A stretch of 20,000 bases of DNA, taken from Reclinomonas americana ATCC 50394 (lineage: Eukaryota). The notes below the pieces were generated by a model, which saw only the letters and a program-made list of their open reading frames with translations, did no database searches and had not been told where the DNA came from. Every line of letters begins with the position of its first letter. The first letter of the stretch is position 1. Positions 10,701-20,000 of the stretch are shown piece by piece. The stretch is from contig PS015038.1 of assembly GCA_048213135.1 (NCBI GenBank), positions 131,136-151,135 on the forward strand. Direction: 5' to 3'. The translations under genes and the position numbers were made by a program.

Positions 10701-13700
10701 TCTGGGCGTATCGGTGGTGCCCTGCGATTCCGTGGTACAAGTTTCGTGGGAGTTGTCTCTTCAGCACGTCGGTTCTCGTCTGTTCACCATCTACCGGTGT
10801 GCACGTGTTTTCACAGCCAACACGGTTACCATCATCGGCAACACGTTCACAAGCAATGTGGCGACGGAGCTGGTTGGTCGACCGCTTCGCTTGGGCAGTA
10901 TTTGTCGTCCTGCTAACAATGGAATTGAACTGCAGGGAGGTGCAGTGGGCGTGTACGGTGGTTTCATGACCATGTGGAATTCCGAGTTTGTGAACAATGT
11001 CGCGAATCTGGGTGCCGGGTGTGTTCGCCTTTTATTGGTTGCTTTTTGCCACTTGCCTCTGCCACTAACTGCATGGTGGTGGTGACGCAGTGGTTTGGTG
11101 TTCTTCGCCTCCGGGTCGATCGTGAACTGCACCTTTGTCGGCAACAGTACGCCACTGCGAGGCGGCGCCATTGTGGCCAACGGAGCGCCGTCGCTCATTC
11201 TCACGTTACGTGCCACCGCACTGTCGGGCGCATTGTCGCACGCTTCGTCTCACACCGTTGTTATTTTGTCTCGCAGGGCTTCCACAATCACGGGCAATAG
11301 AGCGGGTCAGGGGGGCGGAATCGATTCTTCCTTTTCTCTCCTCCGCCTCGTGAGAATGACTGCATCGGGGAACACGGTTTGTTGCAGTGTCTGCTCTCTC
11401 CCTATTTTGCTCTCAAGTACCGATGGTGATGAATGTGTTTAATATGGCGCAGGCTAGCGATCATGGCGGTTTCCTGTTTTCGTACTACTCCACCTTGATC
11501 ATGTCGCTCTCCACCATTCGCACTAGCGGCTCAACCGCTGGTTCCGGTGGCGGTGTGTATGGCATCCAGTCGACCACCGCCATCGACAGTACCTCCTTCA
11601 CTTCCAATTCGGCGGCCAAGACTGGCGGAGCGCTCTACCTCGATCGGTGTCCTCTGGTGATGACCAACTGTACGGTGACGGACAACATTGCCGGTTCTGG
11701 TGGCGGCGTGTCGTTGATCGGCTCCAGGTCACGCGCTGCATTGCACGCACTTACACACGTATCTACTCGCTCACAACTGCTCGTGCATGCAACAGACCAA
11801 GCTCCATGTCAAATTGTGTGGTTTCGCGCAACTCGGCAACGTCGAATGGCGGCGGAATTTTAGTCGACGACAGTGCTCAGCTCTTGATTACTGGGCAAAG
11901 CACGCGAATCTCGCAAAACAGCGCTGCCACTGGGGGCGGCATTGCGTGCACTCTGGTGTGCTTGATTGTCACGTCACGATCGGGGATTGCACTCTGGCGG
12001 TAGAACTCATCGCGCTGTGTCCGCAACACAGTGCAACGAGTTGACGCTCACTGGCAACTCGATCTCGGAGCCAGTGCTGATCACCTCTAATGTTCTGATC
12101 AGTGACCCGAGTGCCTCCGCACCTCCAGTTCTCCGAGGTACGTGATCGAGTGCTTCTGTCAGAGGAGTGATTGTCTGATGCATGATGTTGATGATGCTGC
12201 GCGCGCAGGAGCTGGTGTGTTCGCGCAGCCTGTGCTCACAGCCCGGTTCAGTCTCGTCAACTTTGACACGAATCAGTGGTGTGTGGGATTGATTCTCTCC
12301 TCTGCGTTTTTTTGCGCTGTTGCTTATCGTGCCGCAGTGAGGACTGCAATGGTGGCGCGATTTATGCTTCCGATCCCGGTGACATGTACGTCAGCAGCTG
12401 GTGAGTACAATGATGAGATAGGATAGGAGAGGATGAGTACGACGGTGATGTGTTGTTGTGGCTCACCTTCTCGATTGCAGTGATTTCGTCAACAATAATG
12501 CCACCTTTGGAGGTCTGTACCACCAAACCCCCAGCGCGATTCATGTTTCTCCACGCTGTGTTCTGACTTGTTCTTGTCTGTGTGCGCACAGGTGCCATCT
12601 ACTACTCGTCGTCCAAGTTGCCGGCACCGGCGACAAACGACACTGCAAGTGTCGATTTTGGCGATGCTATGAACCCGCTAACTTCAGCTGCCAGTGTGCG
12701 CACCGTGGGTGTACTGGCCACAACCAACGGATGCATCACGTCGTCCTCATTTCGCGGCAATTCGGTGCGTAATGACTGTTCATAACGTTGACATTCAGTA
12801 CTCTTTTGTCGGCGCTGACTCGTCATGCACTTGCTTTCACGTGCATCCTGCAGGCGTTGCGTCGTGTCATGCAGTGCTATTGTCTGTCTCATGTTGCTGA
12901 TGGGGTGTTTTGTTTGTCTAGTGCGGCTGGCGGTGGTGCCATTTACTACGACCGCAGTTCACCGTGCGCCACGTCGCTGACCTTGACGGCCAACACGGCA
13001 GCGTATGGTGGCTCGCTGGCGTCCGCAGGCCGCGTACTGCAGTACGAGGCTGTGAACACAACAAGCGGGGACGCTGCGACTAACCCTCGTGGCTCATCGT
13101 CGTCAGCACCTCTGACGGCACCCAGCGGCAACTTTGTGCGACCATTCAATGTGTACTTGGTGGACACGCTTGGCCAGCTGGTGCGCAGCTCGAGTGGAGT
13201 AAGTGTGTCCATCGATGCAGCGACCTCCAATGTCACCGTCAGTGGTGCCCGTTCCATGGTGTTTGACAGCGGCGTGGCGTATTTCGACAGCCTTGTGGTT
13301 CGTCAATAACAGAAGTGCTTTTCTTCGTGTGTCTCTTTTCTCTCACTGTGGCTTCAGATTGTCGGTATGCCAAATACGGTGCAGACACTTCGTGCCACGA
13401 GCGATACCACCAGTCTGGTCATCTCGGTTCAGATGGACGCTTGTGTCGCCGGACAGTATCTCGATACCACGGCGCAGCGTTGTCGANNNNNNNNNNNNNN
13501 NNNNNNNNNNNNNNNNNNNNNNNNNNNNNNNNNNNNNNNNNNNNNNNNNNNNNNNNNNNNNNNNNNNNNNNNNNNNNNNNNNNNNNNNNNNNNNNNNNNN
13601 NNNNNNNNNNNNNNNNNNNNNNNNNNNNNNNNNNNNNNNNNNNNNNNNNNNNNNNNNNNNNNNNNNNNNNNNNNNNNNNNNNNNNNNNNNNNNNNNNNNN

Positions 13701-16700
13701 NNNNNNNNNNNNNNNNNNNNNNNNNNNNNNNNNNNNNNNNNNNNNNNNNNNNNNNNNNNNNNNNNNNNNNNNNNNNNNNNNNNNNNNNNNNNNNNNNNNN
13801 NNNNNNNNNNNNNNNNNNNNNNNNNNNNNNNNNNNNNNNNNNNNNNNNNNNNNNNNNNNNNNNNNNNNNNNNNNNNNNNNNNNNNNNNNNNNNNNNNNNN
13901 NNNNNNNNNNNCGTGTGCTTGGCACTCACAAGACGTGCAACTAGTGTGCCGTCTGTCCCGATGGTGGTGTTTGTGGCGACGGCCTGCTACTGGGGCAAGA
14001 TGAAGTTGCGTCACTTCCACACATGCACTGCGTAAGATGCCGCGACTCATTTCTTTGCAGGGATTCTGGCGACCGCGATCCGACGCAATTATATTTTACC
14101 CAGTTGCGTTGCCGCCCTGTATTCGTTCGCATTGCTCTTTTGCACTGACCGCTCTATTTCAGTGTCCGAACAGCGACTGGTGCCCTTCATACTCCACGAA
14201 TCGAGTGTGTCGTGGCGGACACACTGGTCGCGTGGTAAGCGTGTGCTGCGTACTTGTGCCCTGCGTGCGACAGACACTAACTTCTGCACTTTTGCGCCTG
14301 TTCCGTACCAGTGTGCCGTCTGCGAGGGTGCGTACACGTCCATGTCTATCTTTCGTTCTGACCTCCTGCTTCCTGACATTTTATGTTCCTCCCGAGATAG
14401 ATGGCTGGTTCTTGAATGGTAGCTCAGGATGCACCAGTTTCGTAGACGCGTTGGCAATAGCTGTCTATATCGTCGCTCACTGCGTGTGGCGGCGGCGGTG
14501 GTGATGATGATGATACAGAATGCGCATCCTCCGCCCGGACAGCTCTCACGCTGGTTATTTTCGCCTCGGTTATCGCTGCTATGGTCTTCTTCTTCTGTGC
14601 GTCAACAATTCGTCGTCTGCACTGCACACCGATTTGTGTATTCACCATGCGTTTCTGTGCAGATTTGATTCGCACTGCCGGGTAATGGAGTACACGAGCT
14701 GTTTACATCACAAGGTTGTGCCTCTCTCACTCACACTCACTCACACACGCAGTGCCATGATCAAGCTGCGCATTTTCGTCTCCTTCCTGCAGGTCCGTTA
14801 AAGTCAAACCATTGTATTTGTGCACGCGTTTGTTTGTGCTGACCACGCTGCTCTGTCCGCGCGTGCAGATGGTGTACGAGTTGCCCGAGTATCAAGTACC
14901 GTGGCCGCTATCGTGCGTCTGTCGCTCTCTTTGCACATAAGTGGCCTCGGTGATGTGGCAGTTGACAGTGTGCATACAAACAGTTGGCTCAATCTCAGCA
15001 CTCAATTCGCTTTCTTGGAGCTCGACATTCTCCAGGCGACGGTGCGCATCGCGTAGAATAGTTGTTGTCTCTCAAAAGCGCAAAGGATCGTGCAACTGAC
15101 TGCGTCTGCTGCAGTCGTTCCGCTGCATTGCCCCCAGCATTGGGTGCGGCGGGGAATGTTCGATTGCTTGTTTCATTCTATGCTGCAGCGCTCACACGGT
15201 GGTGGTGTTGCAGAGACCTGTACTTTGTGAAGATTGTTCTCATCCCGCTGCTGCCGGTTATTGCCATTGGCATCCTCTTCATCGTTTTCGTTGCGTCACA
15301 GCTGCAGTTGCAATTGTTCGCCCGCTTGTCTGTGTCCTTGTCTGAGTGCCCGGTCCGTGCCTGCAGCTGCTATCCAGGCCCGCTGTCCGCGCGAAGCTAA
15401 AGCTGTGCTGCTGTCGCTATTTCCTGTGTCGTCGCAAATGGAAGCCCGTTGACGAGCTAGGCGACGACGACGACACGGCAAACGATATCGATGCTGTGGA
15501 CGCGGATGGCGATAACGACTCGGTGTCGTCACAGAACGACCAGTTCGTGGCATCGCCGGAGGCACTGCGGGCAGGCTCCACGCAGTACGCGTCCACCGAG
15601 CTTTCTACGTTTTCACCACCGTCACCTGACGATCAGGCGGATCGAACCCGGGTGCGCCCCATTGTGCCTTGTGCTGCTTCACAAATGCAATCTGTTCCTC
15701 ACAACTTGTGTGCAGACTACCTCTGCCGGAGCGACTATGGTGTGTAACTCGCACGTGTGTTGTTGTTGTTGTTGCACCGCTCACTGGTACCTTCTTTGTT
15801 GCAGAATCGCAATGATGTAGTGTCGCCGTCAATGGTTTGTGCGCGCGCTTCGGACGCGCCAGGTTTGCTTGCTGCACCACCAGCGCGTGCCACTGACGCG
15901 CGTATGCGCGTGGCCGAGAGTTGCGTGTTTTCTTCCACACTACTGGAACAGAGTGACACACGACCTAACGCCTTTCATATCTTGGTGAGCAGAGGTGGCT
16001 CGCGGCCTCAATGCGACGAAAGACGCGTCGGTGGCGTCCTCTTCCGACGGAGAGGAGCGAGATGACTTTGATTTCATGTCTGTGGGTGAGTGCACCGTCC
16101 TGGTTGGAGCGCGCGGCTTCAGCATCGTTCGCAGTGACTGAACAATATGCATGCGTGCGTGCGGCAGACTCCATGATGGTGCTGAGTCCATTCGAGCTGT
16201 TTGTGCAGCGGAGGTACGTGGTTGCTCAGATTCCTCTTCACGTACAACCGATATATTCATGCTGTGCACACAGCTTCCTCGTCGTTTTTATCGCCTACCC
16301 GGTATGTGGAACAGAGTGCGTTCCTTGCGTTGTACCTTGCATGCTAACTCGCGCGCTATGCAGGGTGTCGGTGGTGCGTACTAGGACAGTGAGAGCTCAA
16401 TAAGGCGCAACAATGCTCTCGCTCACACCTGTTTGTTTCGCAGCCACCCTCCTGTCGTACTTCAACTGTCAGGTGGGCTGGCTCTCTCGTGTGCTGCATG
16501 CTTGTGTTCTGATCCACTCAATCTGTCGAGTGCAGTTGCTCAACGACGGATCGTGGAACAAGAAAGGCATGTTGCTGCTAGGGGCCTCATTGTGTGTGTC
16601 TGTGACTGCGGCTGCTAATGCATGTGTGGCTTGACAGATTTTTCTGTGGCATGCTACGACACCAAATGGTTCAGCTTCTTGCCGTGGGTGGTGCGTGGCA

Positions 16701-19488
16701 TTGATGAGTGTGCGTATTTGCGCGCGGGGCGACTGCTGACGTACATCTGAGCAGTTGGTGTGGTGCTTCCTGATCCCGGTCGGCTTTCCCCTGGCGTGAG
16801 TCCATACGTGCTCGCCACACTCGTGAAGACAACCTCAAACTGCATATGTGTGTGCTTGTGCATTCACAGCATTGGACTTACGGTCGGCTTCAACCGACGC
16901 CGACTGCGTCGATTCAAATTTGAGCATCGATGGGGGTTCCTGTACGAAGGTGTGAATCACGAACGTGCTCGTTTGCTGTATCTGTCAAGCTCATTCTATA
17001 TGTTGCTTGTACACAGCCTATCGGTAAGTATGTGTGTCGCCGCTGCAGCAAACATGTCTGCCTTCTGATTGCGTTTCACGTGGGTGATCTGCTGGCATCT
17101 GGCAGGAAGGGAGTTTCGTTGTCTCTGTCCGTTTTCATTGCTGCTGACCAATCTCATTCGCTGACTCGGTCTGTGTTTGTGACTGCCGTCTGCAGGCCGA
17201 ATACTGGGAGGTTTGTGCACACTTCACTTTCTATTCACTCAGTGTGCGTGAACGTGTGTACTCATTTTGTGTGTCGATCGGCAGGTCACTGAGCAGGTTC
17301 GACACCAAGTCGATCGCATTCTCTAACGCTCGCTGCGCACTTCATCGCTAACAGTGCGTGTCACTTGGCTTTGCTTCTGCACAGATTCGCAAGGTGAGTG
17401 TTGTCGACTGTGGTGTACATCATTGCGCGGTCAGGTCGCTCGCGCTCACGATGCGTTTCTTGTCGCAGCTCACACTGGCCAGTCTGCTGATTGTGCTGGG
17501 TGAGTTGGTGTTGCATTGTGCGACTGTGTCAGTGACCACGCTCACCACGCAGCCGTCAGGTTTCCAACCGGCACTCCAAATCCTGCTTGGTGTCGTTGTG
17601 TCGGCCGCTGCAATCATCGGTCACCTCATTGTGCGACCATTCAAAGAGCGAAGTGACCAGTGGCTGCAGGTGAGAGGCAGAAGGGCAAACAGGGAAAGAG
17701 AGAGAAAGTGGGAAGGAGGGCGAGGAGGAGGAGGAGGAGGAGGAGGAGAAGAGGCGTAGAAGAGAGAGCATACATAGCCATGTCTCTAATGACATGAAAA
17801 TTTCAAAGTGTGTTCGTGAGAAAGGGGAGGGGAAAAGTGGGAAGGAGGGGAGGAGGAGGAGGAGAGGGAGAGATAGTGCATGTGCTTTGCAGCGGTTTCT
17901 CATTCGTGACTACGCCTGTACAGACGGCGTCACTCATTGACATTTTCTGTGAGTACTGTAACCATCCGCTTCGTGTGTGTTGCTGCCATTCACTCACTGT
18001 CGACCTTGTTTTTTTGGAACAGCGCTGCTTGTTCTCGGCATGGCACTGAGGTAATTGCGATGCCATGTTGAAGAACAGCGCGACAACGTGAAGGAATACT
18101 CACTTGTGTGTTTCCTCTGTGTGTAACAGGATGCAAACACTGCCGTCTGAGCGCAACTGTTGCGTATTGCAGCGTTGCACCTTCTATTGATGGGGTTTCT
18201 CACAACTGTGAATCAGTTTTCAACATCATTCTCGTGGTGCTCACGTGCTTCAGTGCGTATCCATCCTGCTGCATGACGGTGCAATCGCCGCACACTGCTC
18301 ACTTAAATTGTGTTCTACTGCAGTCATCATTCTCGGCGGTACGATTCTGTTCCTTGAGGTACGTGTGACTGCGATCGTCAGAGAGAATTGCACGTGGCAC
18401 CGATATCCGTGGGTGAAACTCACTGGGTCTTCTGCGTCTTTCCATCGCCGCCAGATCACTGTCGAGGTGTGTAGCTGCAGGCAGCATTCGTTGGCATAGT
18501 CTTCTTGCGTCGCTGACACCACTGTGTGGCTATTTCGCAGTCCCGTCGTGTCGTGGCGCACTACCCTCGTCTCCGTTGCTTGTTGGGCTGGGTGTTCTGC
18601 TTCTGGTGCGCACAACGGTGGTGTTTGCATAGGAGCATGACGATCTTACTGACCCTGTGCGTTGTAGCATCAAGCGCTGCCGACCGGCGTACATGGAGCA
18701 TCCGAAGGCGCATGTACATCATGATCATGCGCACGACGACGACGACGACTACGAGGATGAAGAGGACGAGCGCACAGTCATGCTGGAACTACAGCAGTAT
18801 CCGATGTTGGCGCCCATGGACGACGATGCAGTTCTGTCGTGTTATTTCCCCAACGCGTGCACATATGCATGTTTGCGTTAATGAGTGCATGTACTCACCG
18901 CTGCGCTCGCCGTTGCAGCGTGCACGCATGACCAACTTGGTCCGTTCGTGTTTCGCGGCGGCGACTCAATCTGTCGCCGGCGCTGCTGCGGCTGCGCAAG
19001 ATCCGGCGTCGCCCGCTGCTTCTGAAGCCAAGCCGTTCCATGTGCTCCTCCGGGAGCATGCTGCAGCTGCCAGCGCTGCAAGTCAGGCACTACCGGCTCA
19101 AGTGACACCACCACCATCATCGCCTCGCACGCCACCGCTGCATCCAGCCGACGAGACGCGGCCCGGCGGCGACGTGTTTGCCGTGCTGTCGCTCCCCGCA
19201 TCGCCGCGTCTCCTGTTACCGCAACCACCACCGCTGCCGTTGGTGGTGAGTGGCAGCGCCGATGGTCGCCGGGAGCGGCGCCACACCTCGGCCGATCGCA
19301 CGGAGGTGCTGCTGCCCGGTACGCCAGTCCACTCGTCGCTGGACGATGACAACTGCAGCAACATCTTTCCTGTACAAGACTTCTCCGACGACGAACGCCG
19401 CAGTGGTGGTGGCAGCAGCAGCCACAGTGGCTCCACTAGCCCACGTCGCCAGCTGTTGCCTCGCTCACGGTCGCGGTCGCCAAGATAA
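4703..19488 (+). CDS. Giant multi-domain cell-surface multi-pass membrane protein (SBBP propeller, FN3, Pmp-like beta-helix, Cys-rich, about 9 TM), about 2,750 aa plus gap content
   Basis: 75 exons with consistent phases: 4703-5073,5170-5278,5349-5799,5870-6004,6083-6172,6240-6258,6333-6370,6460-6737,6802-6889,6970-7046,7749-7859,7929-8043,8110-8258,8321-8833,8910-9008,9085-9322,9388-9900,9980-10115,10184-10443,10508-10591,10660-10734,10817-10872,10936-11018,11091-11204,11277-11376,11453-11727,11796-11955,12032-12137,12209-12278,12338-12400,12481-12512,12592-12764,12854-12855,12922-13297,13358-13486(gap),13945-14004,14061-14102,14163-14234,14312-14327,14401-14436,14519-14596,14663-14681,14753-14792,14869-14912,14984-15041,15115-15143,15214-15289,15367-15651,15716-15739,15805-15919,15993-16085,16168-16213,16274-16301,16364-16373,16444-16472,16536-16566,16638-16690,16755-16795,16870-16949,17017-17023,17106-17112,17196-17210,17285-17296,17385-17393,17469-17499,17560-17669,17924-17948,18023-18050,18130-18158,18217-18252,18324-18358,18455-18466,18541-18605,18668-18830,18919-19488(TAA). 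Starts with signal peptide MRALLLLLLLLLSVTVVA. A few junctions have alternatives, and continuity across the second gap is inferred. Confidence 0.85.
7059..7075. repeat. (CT)n microsatellite at left gap edge
   Basis: ctctct run ending at N. Confidence 0.95.
7076..7548. other. Assembly gap (473 N), probably spurious
   Basis: Run of n; the flanking exons join in frame. Confidence 0.95.
7657..7696. repeat. (CT)20 microsatellite
   Basis: Perfect CT run followed by a short GT run, intronic. Confidence 0.95.
8931..9322 (+). other. Fibronectin type III-like domain
   Basis: SIVLQWTLP...LDLPALPVTLDFRVRAVTVLTQFAGPWS matches the FN3 W..P / F.VRA / G.WS pattern. Confidence 0.7.
9388..13030 (+). other. 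Right-handed beta-helix (pectin-lyase-like, Chlamydia Pmp-type FxxN/GGAI repeats)
   Basis: More than 12 repeats, e.g. FSGNSGRIGGAL, FTSNVATELGGAV, FVGNSTPLRGGAI, FTSNSAAKTGGALY, FVNNNATFGGAIY, FRGNSAAAGGGAIY. Confidence 0.85.
13430..14530 (+). other. Cys-rich juxtamembrane stalk (growth-factor-receptor/furin-like), interrupted by gap
   Basis: CVAGQYLDTTAQRC...CAVCPDGGVCG...GFWR...FYPCPNSDWC...CRGGHTGRVCAVCEDGWFLNGSSGCTKC. Confidence 0.8.
13487..13911. other. Assembly gap (425 N) within Cys-rich coding region
   Basis: Run of n starting mid-exon. Confidence 1.
14531..18466 (+). other. Multi-pass TM domain (about 9 helices) with TRP/PKD2/FLC-like motif pattern
   Basis: Spliced motifs IKLRIFVSFLQ, VPWP, IAYPGVGATLLSYFNC, DFSVACY, GFLYEAYRKGAEYWEVTEQIRKLTL, LQILLG...HLIVRPFK, plus hydrophobic segments. 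Family assignment is by recognition, not search. Confidence 0.7.
17670..17875 (+). repeat. Purine-rich/(GGA)n low-complexity tracts within a 254-nt intron
   Basis: gaggaggag... at about 17722-17748 and 17845-17870; intron 17670-17923. Confidence 0.85.
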
Positions 19489-19528
19489 TGTACACGGAAG
19501 TCGTCCTGCTTGACATGACGCACTCCAC

Positions 19529-19887
19529 TCACTCGTCCGTCTCGAGACAAGAAGAAGGGCGCACAGATGGCGCACTTTCAAGATTACACACCAGCTTCCT
19601 TCCACCGAGAGGTGTGAGCTCGTAATGCGAGTGACTGTGCATGCACGTATTCTCACTCACCTGCCTCGTCAGCGACCAACATACGATGGCAAACGTATGC
19701 GACCGCCCGTGGAACGCAAGTACTTTGACTACACAAGCACCATGTTGAGCGCACAGGAGGTGAGCAGACAGACTGAAGAAGAGCAGGAAAGGTGCATGTG
19801 AGACTGAATGTTGTCGCGCGCGCACACACAGTTCCAAGTCTTTCACGACCTCACCGACCCGGCGTTGGAACTGGAGCCCGACTTGCC
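19529..19887 (-). CDS. Probable 3' exons of a convergent gene (frame and stop unresolved)
   Basis: Minus-strand intron-like units 19854-19773 (GTGAGG...ctcac...ttcttcAG, 82 nt) and 19660-19595 (GTGAGT...ctcac...aAG, 66 nt), plus a TAG acceptor at 19888. No recognisable protein. Confidence 0.4.
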
Positions 19888-19904
19888 CTACATGAAGGAC
19901 GTGC

Positions 19905-19927
19905 GTATGTGTATGTATGTATGTGTA

Positions 19928-19999
<72 letters not shown>
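19905..19999. repeat. (GTAT)/(GT)n microsatellite
   Basis: gtatgt units, then a pure GT run from 19933. Confidence 0.97.

Positions 20000-20000
<1 letters not shown>

Noticed and set aside
15835-15920. Possible 1-nt exon (gAG|A|GTTGCGT at 15919)
   Set aside because: 15805-15919 is open and ends in the needed phase as one exon, and GAG is a poor acceptor. Not required, though cDNA could revisit it.
778-18837. Non-canonical G|TT donors instead of |GTT
   Set aside because: Cutting after the G breaks the frame with the observed AG acceptors.
4703-19488. Introner-type repeated introns or an alternative genetic code
   Set aside because: No near-identical introns or terminal repeats were noticed, and all in-frame stops are removed by ordinary introns under the standard code.
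1-20000. CRISPR arrays, tRNA/rRNA, transposase or RT genes, bacterial contamination
   Set aside because: No such structure was recognised, and the bacterial-like domains are full of spliceosomal introns.

Overview
Eukaryotic (protist-like) draft scaffold with three N gaps and very dense, short spliceosomal introns (mostly 55-100 nt), so the ORF track is mostly fragments. All gene models below are hand-parsed from splice signals and frame continuity, without transcript evidence. (1) A minus-strand armadillo-repeat plus coiled-coil gene (about 4345 to the gap at 494, 18 or more exons), with a probably mis-oriented coiled-coil fragment at 1-418. (2) A head-to-head plus-strand gene at 4703-19488 with at least 75 exons and about 2,750 aa: signal peptide, SBBP-type beta-propeller, FN3, Pmp/pectin-lyase-like beta-helix, Cys-rich stalk, about 9 TM segments with a TRP/PKD2-like motif set, and a disordered tail. 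(3) The probable 3' end of a convergent gene near 19.5-19.9 kb. The most notable signals concern splicing: a frequent '+1-shifted' GTTNNG donor class always paired with a non-G last exon base, an apparent 2-nt exon, a run of 7-15-nt microexons and a GC-AG intron. A 108-nt stretch that reads like complemented (not reverse-complemented) DNA is probably an assembly artefact.
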